NCBI GenBank assembly: GCA_038496445.1
Contig: JALMLS010000322.1
Coordinates: 496,001 to 560,000 of the forward strand
Source: Trichosphaerium sp. ATCC 40318
Taxonomy: Eukaryota; Protista; Tubulinea
Reading direction: 5' to 3'
DNA length: 64,000 bases
The translations under genes were made by a program, and so were the position numbers. Each line of letters opens with the position of its first letter. The stretch's first letter is position 1. Shown here piece by piece: positions 26,001-39,616 of the stretch. The notes beneath the pieces were generated by a model that searched no databases, was not told the DNA's origin, and worked only from the letters and a program-made list of their open reading frames with translations.

Positions 26001-28159
26001 ATGGCAACACGTAACGTTGTTGCACTGTGTCTCATATTTACGCTATTAAATATCGTAAAGAGCACTCTTGGATCTTGTGACATTTATGTTTCACCAAGCG
26101 GCCTTATTAATAACGTACTGTTATAACAGTGATGTATACTAGCTAACAGAAGCAAAAGAACGGAACAATGACGTCTCCTGTTGGAAGCATAGACCAAGCG
26201 CTTAGAAAACTGAACCAGTGCTCGTCTACGCGTTGTACCATATGCGTGACAGGTACACAATACTCCAATGTAGGAAAAACGGCTAACTGATACTAAATAG
26301 GCGGTAATTACAATGTACCAATGCCAACAGACTTCACGCTGTTGGATTCGTCTTTATCAGGACCTTTAGTCATTAAATACTTCGACTGGAGCTCATCTAA
26401 TCAACCAGCTTTGAATGTAGCTTACTTCAAGGTCAGTACTTTTTCTCAAAATATCAAAAAAAAAAAGTTTGTGGAAATGTATCTTTATTTTTCTTTGTTC
26501 AATCGGTACAAGCAATAACGTTTTGTAGTTTATTTACAATGGCGCTTCTGTAGAGATCCAAGGATTTGAAAATGTTGCGTTTGATGCCAAGAGTTTGAAC
26601 AATGAAACAAGTTGCACATTTGATGTGACGTTTTCAAACTGTACATTCATTAGTTCAGGCAGTTGTAAGTTTTCCTTCTCAGTTGTATTTTCCCTCTTCA
26701 AGTACAAGTATTTAGTACCTAATAACCACGTATTAGTTTTGACCATAAAGAGACAAGCTCAGTATGTTGTAACGCTCAAAATCATTGATTGCAAAATCGG
26801 GAAAACGCTACTTGAATATGGATATCCTCCTATTAAATTTGATACAATTACCGTACAAAATTCAATATTCTTGTCAGGGAAACCTTATTTTTCAGGTACT
26901 TGATCAAAGCGAATATATTTTTTGGCACGTGATAAACAATTCCGGAACAAAACGAAAAAAAAAAAAAAGACGTATATTCCTTTGCGTAAAAACTGTTGGA
27001 TTATGAATGTGTATGATGAACACTACAATAACATCCTTAGCACATAGCCATTTTCATATATGACCACTTTATTCAGTTCGGAAATTTGGTTGTCGAGAAA
27101 TATACCATATTTTTTTTACTTTAGCTTTTTTTTTGATGCTTATACCTTTTTTAGCGAACAATACAATTGCTGATGGTAACACCTTTCACACTTCGTTTGG
27201 GAACGAACCAGCATTTGATGCTTCATCTTTGCTTCATTTTACTAAAAACAACGTGAGTGGTTGTAATTTTAAGAGAAGACTACTTGAAGGTTGTGTACAA
27301 TTTAGTGCAGGAGAGAAGGACTCAAATGTAGTTTTTAAAATGGACCATAATAGTTTCCATGGTAATCACACTTTTGCTTACATTGTTTTCTTGATAACTA
27401 CTAAAAGTCGCAGTATGACAATAACAAACAATGACTTTGAATGTACTTCTGCGTCAAAGGTATGCTTTTTAAAAAATTCATTCTTTTTTTTACTCGTTGT
27501 CTTGGTTGTAACCTGTTTGCCTAGACTAACAAAAAAGATGTTGTCAATTACTATGTACCTTACACAAACAAGACAATCGAAAATAACACATTTGCATGTC
27601 CATGTATGTACACCAGCGTGCTGGTTTTGCACCAAACTGTAAGACATTAGGTTTTTTGCTTACACCTTTTTTAGTGACGTGTCCTGATAATAGATATTAT
27701 GATAATGAGCTATTCTGTACAGAGTGCCTTCCAGATGAGCGCCAAAATCCTTTAAATGCCTCAATGTGTGGTGACTGTGAATTGGGACAAGTATGGTAAA
27801 CAAGAACGAAACACGAGAACAAAACAGGAATCAGACCACTAACTTCTTTAGGACAACTTCTGGTTGTATGACATGTAGTGGTCGTAATTACATAGGCGTA
27901 TATGATGCGACTGAATGTAAAATTTGTCCATCTCTAAGCTCAATATCAAACCCAACAAACGCCAAAGGCAACACTGTTTGTACTTCTAATCTTATCTCAT
28001 TATTAATGGTTATTGGCGCAGTCATCATTATTTGTACATAACTTATCCTCTTGTTGTTTAATTACTAATTTTTTTATAGTGACTCTAGCAATAGGATTCA
28101 CTATATCTTATTACAAGAAAAGAAGTAAAAACAAAGAAAGCACCTATGAAACAGCATAA
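26001..28159 (+). CDS. Single-pass surface protein: beta-helix-like ectodomain + Cys-rich repeats + TM
   Basis: Signal peptide; IYVSPSG..GTMTSPVGSIDQAL start typical of pectin-lyase-fold proteins; Asn-rich strands; CPDNRYY..CTECLP..CGDCELG..CKICP; TM and basic tail. Confidence 0.7.
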
Positions 28160-28267
28160 AAAAGAAAGACAAGTTCATTGGTTTTTTATCAAGTACATTT
28201 GATGTAAATTGTCCTTAAATAAATTCAACTTTCATCCCACTACAGTCATGGCATGAGAACACGCCTT

Positions 28268-28455
28268 AAAAAAAAGACAATTTAACTTTGCAGTACCAAG
28301 GTTATAGGCTGAGCAATAAATCACACCTCACTCTGCTCGAGCTATCTGTCAGGGACAGATGTGTTCCTTTCCCTCCCAATAGATAGTCTCGCTGTCTTAG
28401 GTTGATTGAGGGTGGCATAGCCATGTTAAACCTCAAATGAAGCTTCTTGGCCGCA
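28268..28455 (-). ncRNA. Candidate structured ncRNA, family unknown
   Basis: Closing stem plus three hairpins, a complementary loop pair, G-U pairs favouring the - strand, and a terminal T8. Confidence 0.35.
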
Positions 28456-28695
28456 TTTTGACGTAGCAACACAATAATAAAAGTGTATTAAGCTATCACG
28501 TGTAACCGATCGCCACCTACTCTTTGTGGACAATATGATATCAAACGACACGCACGTTTGACTGATAAAAATCCCACACCCAAAAATTCTTTCCAGGTCA
28601 GAGTTGACTTACAGCAAATACATTTCTTTGAAGACAAGCAGTGCTCTAAACGTTAGTGAACACGTTTTAAACAGGATTAGGAAGCTTTAATCAAT

Positions 28696-29681
28696 ATGGT
28701 ACGTAAAATAGCTGTACATAAGCTACAGCTACTACAGCCGGAATATGTAACGAGAATAACAATTTTATATCCACACCAACCCTCAGTTTTGTTTGAGCAA
28801 CGACATCCCAGGTTTTTTAAAGTTTGATTTTTAGTGTAAAACAATCATTTGAACAAAGATAATTTTACCTTTCACCTTTCTCAAGTTAGTCAATCGCCAG
28901 TTATATCTCAGTTTACAACTACAAATTTGTTGCTCAATATATTGACAATAGTTTGAAGCTAAGAAAGTAACAATTGACTAATTTCTTAGAAACACAATAC
29001 AAACACATGTTTCTTACATTCTAACTTATGTTTGTTTAGACTCATCCCAAGCGTAAACAAAATTTGTGCCTTGAATTGGGTTCTTTGAGTTTATTGGATA
29101 TTCCATGTGAACTTCAAACGTATATTTGTACCTTCAATATTGAAGCATTCACAAAATTCCACAGTCTATCTAAGAGAGCTGCAACAAATACTCATTTTGA
29201 TGAAACGTTACAGAGAAAAGGGGTATGGATAAGATGGTATAAAAGTGGAATAGTACAGTCTCATCTATATACAGTGAATGGGCTGTATAAAGAATGGTAT
29301 GATAATGGAGCACTTAAAGAGCAGCACACATTAGTTAATGGTAAAAAAGAAGGTGAAAGTAAGTCATGGTACGATAATGGACAACTTGAGTGTCAGTCAA
29401 TGTGGGCTGATGATGAGCAACATGGTGAACGTAGATATTGGTATAAAAATGGGCATCTTGAAGGCCTGTCCATGTGGGTTGATGGTAAACAACATGGCGA
29501 AAGTAAAGGATGGTATGAGAATGGACAACTTGCATACCAAGGCACGTGGGTTGATGGTAAACAACATGGTGAACATAAAGATTGGTATAAGAATGGACAA
29601 CTTGAGTACCAATGCATGTGGGTTAATCATGAACAACACGGCGAAAGTAAAGGATGGTATGAAGATGGAACACTAAAGTAA
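28696..29681 (+). CDS. F-box-like + MORN-variant (MORN_2-type) repeat protein
   Basis: Probable ATG|GTACGT micro first exon (start uncertain); SLLDIPCELQTYI F-box-like motif; 24-aa repeats GKQHGESKGWYENGQL in one exon. Confidence 0.8.
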
Positions 29682-29759
29682 TACAGCGATGAAGATGGAA
29701 AACTAAAGTATTACAACACCTATGTACCAAACTGAAACAGCGTTTAATGCTGTACCATC

Positions 29760-30050
29760 AAGCGCTTGTTTATACAGTTTATTAATTAGACTGAGGTACA
29801 CCTTATCTGTGATTATCATGTTCAAGGCGTATTTAATGAACTTTGTGTGCTTCTAGAAATACATTTGTAACACCAATACATTTTTGATAAGTTGATAGTG
29901 TGAACTCCAGCGAGTACAAATAGCTTCATCTGTTACTTCACAGGTGTCACTCAAGTCAATTGAATGAATACCAGCAAGGCACTTGGTGAATTTGCTTGTT
30001 GTTGGAATATAACCTGATAGGTTTAGAGTATGAACGTTTGTAAAATGTTT
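29760..30050 (-). pseudogene. Frameshifted fragment of the F-box/LRR gene family seen at 49696-50997
   Basis: The reverse complement matches ~50120-50400 (aacgttcatactctaaacct...gtgaagtaacagatgaagctatttgtact). It has a 2-nt deletion and further indels, and no start codon. Confidence 0.85.
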
Positions 30051-30134
30051 TTTTATTTCAGAAACTGAAACATGATTGAATAGTAAGTCAAAATAAATTC
30101 CTTTATTTTACAGTTTGACTGATGCACTAACCCT

Positions 30135-31867
30135 TCAACCGTTGTTCGTTTCAAGTAATTCCTCACTACTCCTAGCCAAGAAATCTGTCGTATTTCTAAG
30201 GGAATGCGCTTGATTTATGACACTAGCCATTCCAGTCTTCTTTTGAGGTGTTTTTTTACAAAGAAGAAAGTCCTTGATGTGAACTGTTTTATCATAATGA
30301 AACGACTTTAATATAATGTATAAAAGAGGAATAACTATGAATAAATTCTGAGAGATCTCATCTGCTAGCCAAGCTGCTTCTGTTTCACGAATAGACATAC
30401 GAGACAATGGATTAAGTACAATCAAAAGAAAAAATCCAGTCTAGAAAAGAAGAAGTGTTATGATTTAGTGTATGATTACTACTCAAGTTTTAAAGGTAGT
30501 ACCTCTAAAAGAAAGACAAGACCACTTGTAATGCAGAAAACCTCAATCTTAACAATAGTTAGCAAATTGGCTTGAAGTGAAATGAATTTATAATAAAAAA
30601 TAAATCTTATGTTTCTTCTCTTACCTTGTAGTAAAATACTTGTCCCTTCTTTACTGATGATCTCTTGTATCGTAGTATAACACCAAAAGAAAGTAACGAT
30701 ACACCAAATATCATTATCAGGAACTGTGTAGAGAACACTACAACCTGCAAACTTTAGAAGCAGAAACTAAAAAAGAACTTTGATAAGACTTACCCATACA
30801 CTCAGGGCAAATTGATTACCATGTGAAAGCGCTGCTGTCAGAAAAGGTACAAATAAGAATAGCGTCAATATTATTATGACAGCAATGACGCCATATCTTG
30901 AAGGAGTAAGCAAAATACAGAAAAGGGTGGCACGTACCTCAATTTACTCATGAATAAAAATTTGGACTTCTCATTTGAATATAAAAGCATCAAGCTCAAC
31001 ATCCACGTCACAGCATACAATAGCATCAAAAAACTCAAACTCTTGTTTGAATTAACAACTAGTAATACCACATTAACGCGAGAAAATCATACCGACACAT
31101 CCACAATAAGAGAAAGCCATACTGGTAGAATGCCCTAAAAATATAACTTAGTTCAATATTACTCTCTTCTTAGCAATCGTACTCTAATACCCGATGGGTC
31201 AATATAAACATGAAGTGTACTCACTAGTAATAAGAGTTATTTCAATACAACACCAAGCGCTTACTTAGAGCATAAAATGCTAATGTTATGAGTTGAAAAA
31301 GAGACAAGTGTCCAGGTCTAGAATAAAATAACTGGTTGCGCTCTGTCTTGATATAAACCACCAATAGAAGGGTAGGCCATAAGAATAATACTAAATAAAT
31401 TGATCCCACAACTACCTGTTTTTGAAATAAGTTAAAATTCACGTGTAGATGACTACTAGTCACGTGGAGTTTTTTATCGAAAATCACGTGTTACGTAACT
31501 TGATAAACAGTCAAAGCTTTATCAAACCATGCTGACGCGTCAGTCCATCTTGTGTCACACCTACGGCCTTGTTTTGATATTAACTTATTAGCACTTCCAA
31601 TGTGTCTTACCTCCCCACCCGCTTTCACAATAACACATCTCGTTTACCCAAGCACCATTACATGAGCATAGTTTACTGCATTCTAAATACTATTAATTGA
31701 AAAATTACGATTTAGTACGTACCTCGTCGCTCTGTAGGGTCTAGTAGGAACGTACTACCCAGCATCTTATGTACACAATCATCACACTCGTTATTGGCTT
31801 TAGTAGACCCGTATACTATAGCGCTTATGGCGCATAACACAAGGAACATTACGAGCAAGCAGCGCAT
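30135..31867 (-). CDS. Multi-pass (about 7 TM) membrane protein with signal peptide and short Cys-containing ectodomain
   Basis: MRCLLVMFLVLCAISAIVYG..ECDDC; hydrophobic exons VVVGSIYLVLFLWPTLLLVVYI, GILPVWLSLIVDV, FLMLLYAVTWML, NLFIVIPLLYIIL. Internal splicing not fully resolved. Confidence 0.55.
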
Positions 31868-32178
31868 TGTAGACGTGCTGTATAGTGTATAAAAAGTCGC
31901 TTAACCGTTTAAGGACAACCCCTTACGAAATCAGAATAGGAAAATCGCTATTTGTGCGAGTTGTTTATCACGTGATTTTAACGCAGTCGCAAAGAAAAAG
32001 CGATTTTAATTCTGCTGTCAGTGTTCTTTAATTATTGTTTATTTACATAGTTATTAAGTAACTACATAAGAGTGTTTGTGTGCCATTAAATAATATGTAC
32101 ATTGTTTTGGTTTTACAAGGCTGTAGCTATTTACAATATTAGAAGGACAACTAGGTTTTTTTTCTCGAATCAGAAAAA

Positions 32179-33264
32179 TCAAAATTTGTCTTCTGTTTTC
32201 CTTATTTCACGGAGAGTTGTTACTGTACTGGATTTTGAATCCTTCACGATCTACGATAAATATTAGATATAGAATACAGCGAAAAAAGAACACAATGGCC
32301 ATCAGTACAAAAAAAATAAAAACATAATTCAAGTGATCAAAAAATAAGCGTACACTAAAAAAGGGAGATCGCTAGACGTTAATAACATTAGCACTAGAGC
32401 CCGTTATTTTTATATCTTTTATTTCTTGCTGCATGCATAAATACTCCCCTAGAAGAGTTGATACTGCGAGCGTGACTATATTTACAATCCACCAAGACCA
32501 TCTACAACAGAAATAAACGAAAACGAACTACTTGCGAGTACAAAAAAAACGAACTGATGGAAAAGTCAGTGTAGTGTTTTGTTTGTTGATTGTTTAATAA
32601 ATGAGCGTAATAGAAAACAGGATTATGATGTTTTGGATTATTTTTCATGTGAATTGAACGAATATTCTATTAAAGATGGTATGGTACTCCAGTGCTCGTT
32701 ATATTGCGTAGGAAGCAGTTTAGGAGCGTTCCGTAATAGAAATAAACATCAACACTCGAGTCCAAAAGCAGACGCGTACAATTACGCATATTATAAGTGC
32801 GGAGAGCGGTGGTACGAAAATAAAAAGTCCAAACAGAATTTCGCTCAATTTTTTGCGAATAAGCTTCCGTACGTTGATGGAGAGCCACCGTAGTACCAAC
32901 AAGCGAGCCAATGTACGAAATGCCATGTAAACACGAAATCTAAGCACTTTTTGGACCGTTCTACTATTCCAACCAATACGAACGCACTACGATGTGTTAG
33001 GAAGTGATCTACGTGTTATACACGTAATAAATAAACATACCAAACTAGCGACGTCATCAAAAACGCAGTTATGGTAAGACGTCCTTCCGCGGTATTGAAA
33101 TCGACCATAGAGAAGAGAAAGAGCTGATCAAGCGCAATTGTTTGCTGAAAGAGCACCGACCAGAAAATAACAACTGCGCCAAACACAAGGTAGAATGCAG
33201 ATTGTAGGGCTATCATTTGAGCAATTATCAGTTTAGGGCACCAAACGCCTAGATAAAAACCCAT
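32179..33264 (-). CDS. SYS1: Golgi integral membrane protein SYS1
   Basis: WCPKLIIAQMIALQSAFY, IVERSKKCLDF, WSWWIVN, LGEYLCMQQEIKDI. Confidence 0.9.
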
Positions 33265-33481
33265 TGTGTTGTAGTAAGTTTACCGTGGTACAGTCTTTCG
33301 AGTTGTTGCTGATTTCGGACTTTAAAGTTTTTCTGTAAACGAAGAAAAAGCAAAAATCATGTTTTTTGTCAACGTTAGTCTCTGAAAAGCGTTCTCGTTT
33401 TACATATTAACGTTACACGCTACATAACGCGTTGGTTAATTACTCTTTTATACGTTACTTGTTATTTGCTGTCAGTTGACC

Positions 33482-36400
33482 ATGAATCCTTGGCCACAAC
33501 GTCAACAACAACAGCAGTATGGGGTAAACCGTAACCAAGTACGCTACAGAAAGATCCTTGACAATTCGTTATTATTCTATAGTTTATACTTATGAGTACT
33601 TGTAGCAGGCAACTGGTAATTATGGGCAAAATTATAACGCTCCTCAGGGACAACAAAGAAACTTACAAGGACAGCCTCAAATTCAAAACATTTTGTCCTC
33701 TCTCACTCAAAAACCGCCTATTGGACAACAAACCCAACCGTCTCTTTTTCCAAATGCTCAAGCAAACTACAATCAAGGCGCTGGCGCTAACCAACAGGGC
33801 AACAGCATTACACCACAAGCTTTAGGTGGTTTATTAGAAGCTCTTCAGTCTGGTTTAAAACAAAACGCGCCAAGTAACCCACACGCGTCAATGAACCAAC
33901 AGCAAGTACGATTGCGTTTGTGTGATCTTTTTTTGACATTTGGCACCTAAGAAACTGTTTTCGCTTTTTTTCTAAAGGAGACTATCACTCGAGTCTATTG
34001 TTGTCTTACTTCATGTCAACGTATGTCAGACTAACTATTATTTTAAGTTTAATAACCAGCCTGTCCACGCACCATATCAACCTTCCAATGTACCTCCAGC
34101 ATCTGGGTATCAGGATAATAATCAACGACAAGGGTATGTTTGTATTTTTGGAACAAGAATATCCTTTTGCCACAAAAAAAAATAGAGAAAAAATAACAGG
34201 TTGTTAATTTTACTATAACAGAGGCCGCTTTAACAACAACCAACAACAGAATAATATGCAGCAACCTCAGCGTAATATGAGAGGTAATAATAATAACAAT
34301 CAAACAGGAGGATACGGACACAATAATCAACAACAGCAGGTATGAATAGTTTTTAGGTTCACGGTGTAATGAAATATTTATCCGGTTTAGTACAACGATC
34401 GCGGTATGAATCAACATGGAAACCGTGGTAGAAATATGGGCAACCGTGGTGGAAGTATGGGCGGTCAACATGGTGGACGCGGTGGACACGGAGGACGTGG
34501 TGGACATGGTGGACGCGGTGGGCATGGTGGTAACCAAAGTGGAAGAGGTGGTTTTGCCCCTCAGCGCCAAGGTTATTCTCACTCCAACAACAACTATAAC
34601 CGTCATGATAATAACGATCGTGGTGGTAGAGGAGGCCATCGTGGACGCGGACGAGGTGGACACAGCAATCGAGGAGGTAGACAAGGTAAAAAGCTTAAAA
34701 CTGTTGGGTAGTATTCTAATCTGTTGTTTAAGGTAATGACATGCCGTACAATAACCAGCAAGGTGCCAGAAGAGGGTACAGTGCGGATAATGCTGGACCA
34801 GGGCATAATACAGGAGGTAGAGGACCAAGACAAGGTTACTCTTCTGGAGGAAATAGACAGAACATGGCAAGGAACCAAGGTGGTAAAGATTGGCGTCAAG
34901 GTGGACCTAATCAAGGGAATCAAAGAGGAGGCTCTAACCAAGGCGGACAGCGTTCTGGAGGACGATTCAATCAAGGCAACAGGGACAATTTTGGTAAGTT
35001 GGTGAAGTGTTTATAAAGCTTACTTTTTGTAAGGCCAAGGACGTGACAATTATGGTGGCAGAGGTAGAAGCAACCGAGGCGGAAGAGATTCTGGCTTTGG
35101 TGGCGGTGGTGGATACAACTCAAACTACAACCGAGACTCTGGGTACCAAGGAAAACCAAAACGAGGTGGCATGGTACGGGAAAACAAGAGCTTTGTGTTT
35201 GTTATTTTATTACCTTTTATTTACTCTTATATTTTTTATACAGGGTAGAGATAGAAGACAAGATAGAGGCGGCGCTCGCTGGGATGATAGGAAAGATGAT
35301 TTTGGTAGAAACCGTGATCATACTAGGAGAGACAAGGACTTTGATAGAAATAACAACCGAGACCGTGATTTTAAGGATATTAAGTATGATCCTGGCCGAC
35401 CTAGTACTTCTGTTACCAGCGGTGATAGCGGTCCTAGAGAAAAACTTAAAAAATACAAATGGTACGTTACATACCTCTTTGATGCTTCTGACTATTTTTT
35501 TTCTCATTTTTTTCTTGTAGTGATGTGTTGAGTTACTCTATCACTGAACCAACCGTATGTTATTACACGTGTAAATCACGTTATCCAGACCTATACCTCA
35601 GCCCTGATTTTGTATCATACACACTCGACTGGATGAATACGTTACCAGTGTCTAGTCCATTGAAAGTAACTGAGCCAGTTAACTTTATTTGTGATAATGA
35701 GACTCGTGAGAAAGATGATCCGGAAGAAGAAAAGAGTAGTGGTTCACCTATACTATGGGTTGCAAAAGCGTTACTATTTTCTGGTTCACCATATGAAGAT
35801 GATGAGAGCGGAAAACAGATTGAAAAGAGACTCAAATTTCTTCTTCTAAAGAAGGATCGAAGTAATTTATTAGCTGTTGGTGGTCCTTACGATTCTGCCT
35901 TGGATGGTGTTGGTGACCCTGCAACTAATGATAGCTTGCTTATTAACACTGTCATGTACGTCACTAATATAGTTGTAGCTGTTGTTTACCTACATTTGAA
36001 TTTAGTCGTGCAACCAAAGATAAACTTCATTTGGATTTAAGCACTTGCACAAGCTGGTATCGGTTTTTGACTGTAAAGTACCACAGAGATGATGGAACGA
36101 TTCAAAACACTGTAATATTTTTACCTTCGGTTAAAGATATTATGCCTAGCCGTGAAGAGGTAATAACAACGAGTTGCTAGCAACAATAGAAATTTGCCTT
36201 TGCGGCTTTTTTTTTTTGGATTTTCTTTTGGACAGCTTTTGTATTGGCGTTACGTAGTTCTAATACTTATAGTTTCTTGAATCTTGGAAAGATAGGGAGC
36301 GTATTAAAAAGAGGAAGCAATTAGAAATGGAGGAACTAGCACGTATTGAAAGAGAAACAGCTGCTAAGAAGCGTGCAGAGGCTTTACAGAAGCAAGAACA

Positions 36401-37761
36401 AGAGAAAAAACAAAGTGAAGCTCCTGAGGAGGGTATCACTACACCTCCTGCTCCACCAACTGAAGAAGAACTTGCAGCCAAGGCAGCTGAAGAAGCAAAA
36501 AAAGCTGAAGAAGCAAAGAAAGCCGAGGAAGAAGCAAAAGCTGCAGAAGCAAAACCTGAAGCGACACCTAAGCTTGAGATTACTGTACCTGAGCCAGATG
36601 TTTCTTTAGCGCCAAAGGAACAAGCTATTTTTGCTACTACTAAGAGAGTTAAGTATCAGAATATCAAGTCAACGGTGATTTCATTAGATGGTTTACTTGG
36701 TATGTTTTTTGAAAAAGCCAAAAAAAATATCTTTGTGCTTTTTTTTGGGATTCTTTTCGCTAATTTTATTATAGATTATGACGAAACTGATACTTGGGAA
36801 CCTACACTAGAGGCACATAACTTTTCTTTTTTTTCACAGATTTTTTTGTTGAGTGAGGCTGACGTCTGATTTTTTTTCTAGATTTCTTTGTTCGCTGAGA
36901 ATTTCAGAGAAATGATTTACCGTGATTTCGGTGCAGTCATTCTACAATTCTTAAGGGATCGTATGGCTATTAATAAAGCGACTTCAAAGAAGAGAAAGAG
37001 AGAAGCAGAAGAAGGAGATGAACCAGCAGCAAAGAAGCAAAAACCGGAACCAACAGCGGACGTTGTAAAAAAAGAAGAAGAAGTAAAAAAAGAGGTACGC
37101 TTTAAAAATCGTTATTATTCAGGTGTTGTACGCCACTCAAGTATAAACAAAAACCAACAAACATCAGTACATAAAAACCTTGATATTATATTTCTAAGTT
37201 GCAAATAATTTAATCAACCATTATACATGCTCTATGAAGTAGTTCTTTGGCGTTTTGTTCAAAACCAAACCAAAAATTCAAAAAAACTTTTTTCATTCAA
37301 AAAACAAATTACCCATTACCGCTCCACAATCCGACGTAAAATTTCAGGAAGAAGTCCAAAAAGGTTCTTTAGAACCTATGAATATCGTTCAAGAGGAAGT
37401 AAATCAAAAAGAAGGGTCTGAGGGTACAGCGGAAATGTCGCTTGAGAAAGCCCAAAATACTGATTTAAAGGATACTCAATCTACTTTGTCAGATGAAGAG
37501 AAATTTAGTATTCTACGCGCTTTCCGTTACTTTGATTGGAACCAAATAGGATACATAAAAGACGTGGATCTAGAGGCTATTTTGCATAGTTTAGGGTTGG
37601 GTCTAACGAAGAAACAGGCAACAGATTTGGTCGAATCTTCCACATCTAATAATAGGCGTGTGAATTATGTTGAATTGGTTTCAGCTTCTTCTCCTACTAC
37701 TCCTACTGCTTCCACTGCTGCTTCTGCTTCTACAGCTGAAAAACCAACCACATCCACTTGA
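33482..37761 (+). CDS. CCAR1: CCAR1/DBC1-family protein with long RGG/NQG-rich N-terminus
   Basis: RYPDLYLSPDF, LKFLLLKK..AVGGPYDSALDG, LDLSTCTSWYRF, ISLDGLLDYDE..EISLFAENFREMIYRDFG, EF-hand-like AFRYFD..GYIKDVDLEAILHSLGL. Confidence 0.82.
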
Positions 37762-38221
37762 AAACCCATACTAGATAGCTTGCACGTGTTCAGAAAGCAT
37801 CCAAACACGTGCTCAAAAATTCTCCACTTTAATTTTTTAGGGATGCAAACACACTACTAGCACAATTTTGTCTTCTCGACAACATCTCCCCTATGCAATC
37901 CTTGTTGGTTGTCAATTTGGGGCTATTGTTATGATTATATGAAAGAGCTTATTACTTGAAATGTAAAACAAAAAAACTTGTGTTAGGAATCTCATTGTAG
38001 CAAACTTTTTACCCCCACCCCATGCTTAGCATTTACAATCGAATTATTACTTCATGTATGAGTACTGTCCCTTACCATCTTTGTTGTTAACTCTTTGATC
38101 AGTCTGTTGTTAGTATTAGAGGCGCATTTTGAAATCCTTTCAAAAACTCTCGTATGTTGTGAGGTAACTCTTTTGGAGTTTTAAGATTGTTTTATTTCTC
38201 AGTATTTATTATTAACTTGGT

Positions 38222-39507
38222 TCATCCCAATGCAACATCCATTGTCATCATTATAATAAAACCAATTATAGTACCTATTGTAGCTATTCTTTGATTTCCA
38301 CCACTGGATGCTTCTGGCACAATATCATCTACAACTACAAACACCATTGCACCAGCTGCAAATGCTAGAGCATAAGGCAACATTGGTTGAGCTATAAGCA
38401 CTGCACCAGCACCCAAGATCTTGATGTTAGATAAAAACATTAGCCAACAATAACCTATGTTTTTCAAACCACAATAAGATCAACGTACTCCTCCTATTGG
38501 TTCTACAAGTCCACTTAGTTGTCCCCACATGAACGCATTATAGGCAGACATGCCTTGACGACGTAAAGGCATTGATACAGCTAAGCCCTCAGGAAAGTTT
38601 TGTAAACCTGACAAAAAGAAACAAGTCAAGATTACAAGCTCAAAAAACACTTCAACATAAATACTCACCAATACCAACAGCCAAGTTAAATGCGTTGCTG
38701 AAAGTTGCTGTTTCTGATTTACCAATACTTCCAAAACCTACACCAACAGCCATACCTTCTGGAAAGTTATGTACAGTGATAGCAATCACCAACAACAAAA
38801 TCCGACGAAAACTGTTTTAATACTATTAATAACCAATTGTTTGTCACGTGTATACCAAGATAACAGCGTACCTTGTTCCTCCATGTTTCACTCCGTATGC
38901 AGCCATTGGATTTGCATTATTCGATCCATCAACTAGCGAAAAGATAAGCAATAATTGCCGTGACATCGGAAATTTCATGGTTTTCTTTTCTGTCAATTCG
39001 GAAACGTGCCTGTTCTTGGAGCGTCATCATCTTTTTTGTTTGAAAGTTGGTTCTTTGGCCTTGTAAGCGATGCTACGTATGGTACGACCATATCAGCATA
39101 ATGCATGGCAACTGCTCCTATAAAAAACCCAATTGCCGCAGGAACGAATGCGTATCTACCATCAGGACCGTAAAGAGGTGATTGCTCAGCTATTTCTATC
39201 GCTGGCGCAAGTAAAGACCAATACGAAGCGGCGAGCATTACACCAGCTGCAAAGCCCTAAATATCATTAAAACCGCTATCAAACACCGAATAAGGCACAA
39301 ACCAGCATTGCGTCTAATATTTTCCGACTGAGAGCCTCATTTTTAACATCCAGCACAAAAACTAGCGCAGATCCCTTTTTAATGAGTCAAAAAGGGCTTC
39401 TAATACATTTGTGGTAAACATAACATTGTACTCACAAGTGCTGTAAGTCCCCACGTGAACAAAGTGCCAAGTAATGCTTGTAGTACTGGATGTATGCCTT
39501 CAATCAT
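38222..39507 (-). CDS. SLC39A11: ZIP11/GufA-type metal transporter
   Basis: [87 protein letters not shown]. Confidence 0.93.
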
Positions 39508-39616
39508 ATTTCAAGCTATTGTAGAGTTCTTGCAATTCAATATCGGTCGTTTAAGTTGTTTTGACGTTTTGTGAAGTGTATTTACTTCTAGCGTTCGTGG
39601 TTCGCGTTGTATAACT

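Noticed and set aside
29335-29676. Several alternative-frame ORFs over the MORN repeats
   Set aside because: They are by-products of repetitive coding sequence.
32579-32893. 104-aa antisense ORF in the long SYS1 intron
   Set aside because: It has a non-ATG start and no recognisable motif, so a nested gene cannot be supported.
34049-35007. Long overlapping ORFs in several frames (e.g. 273 aa on the minus strand)
   Set aside because: They are shadows of the low-complexity RGG-coding exons of the CCAR1-like gene.
37780-37930. Hairpin and pseudoknot-like pairing downstream of CCAR1
   Set aside because: The main stem is formed by two palindromic CACGTG sites, which are common throughout the window.
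39388-39402. AAAAAGGGCTTCT resembling the U11 snRNA 5' end
   Set aside because: It lies antisense within a short ZIP11 intron, with no downstream U11 structure.
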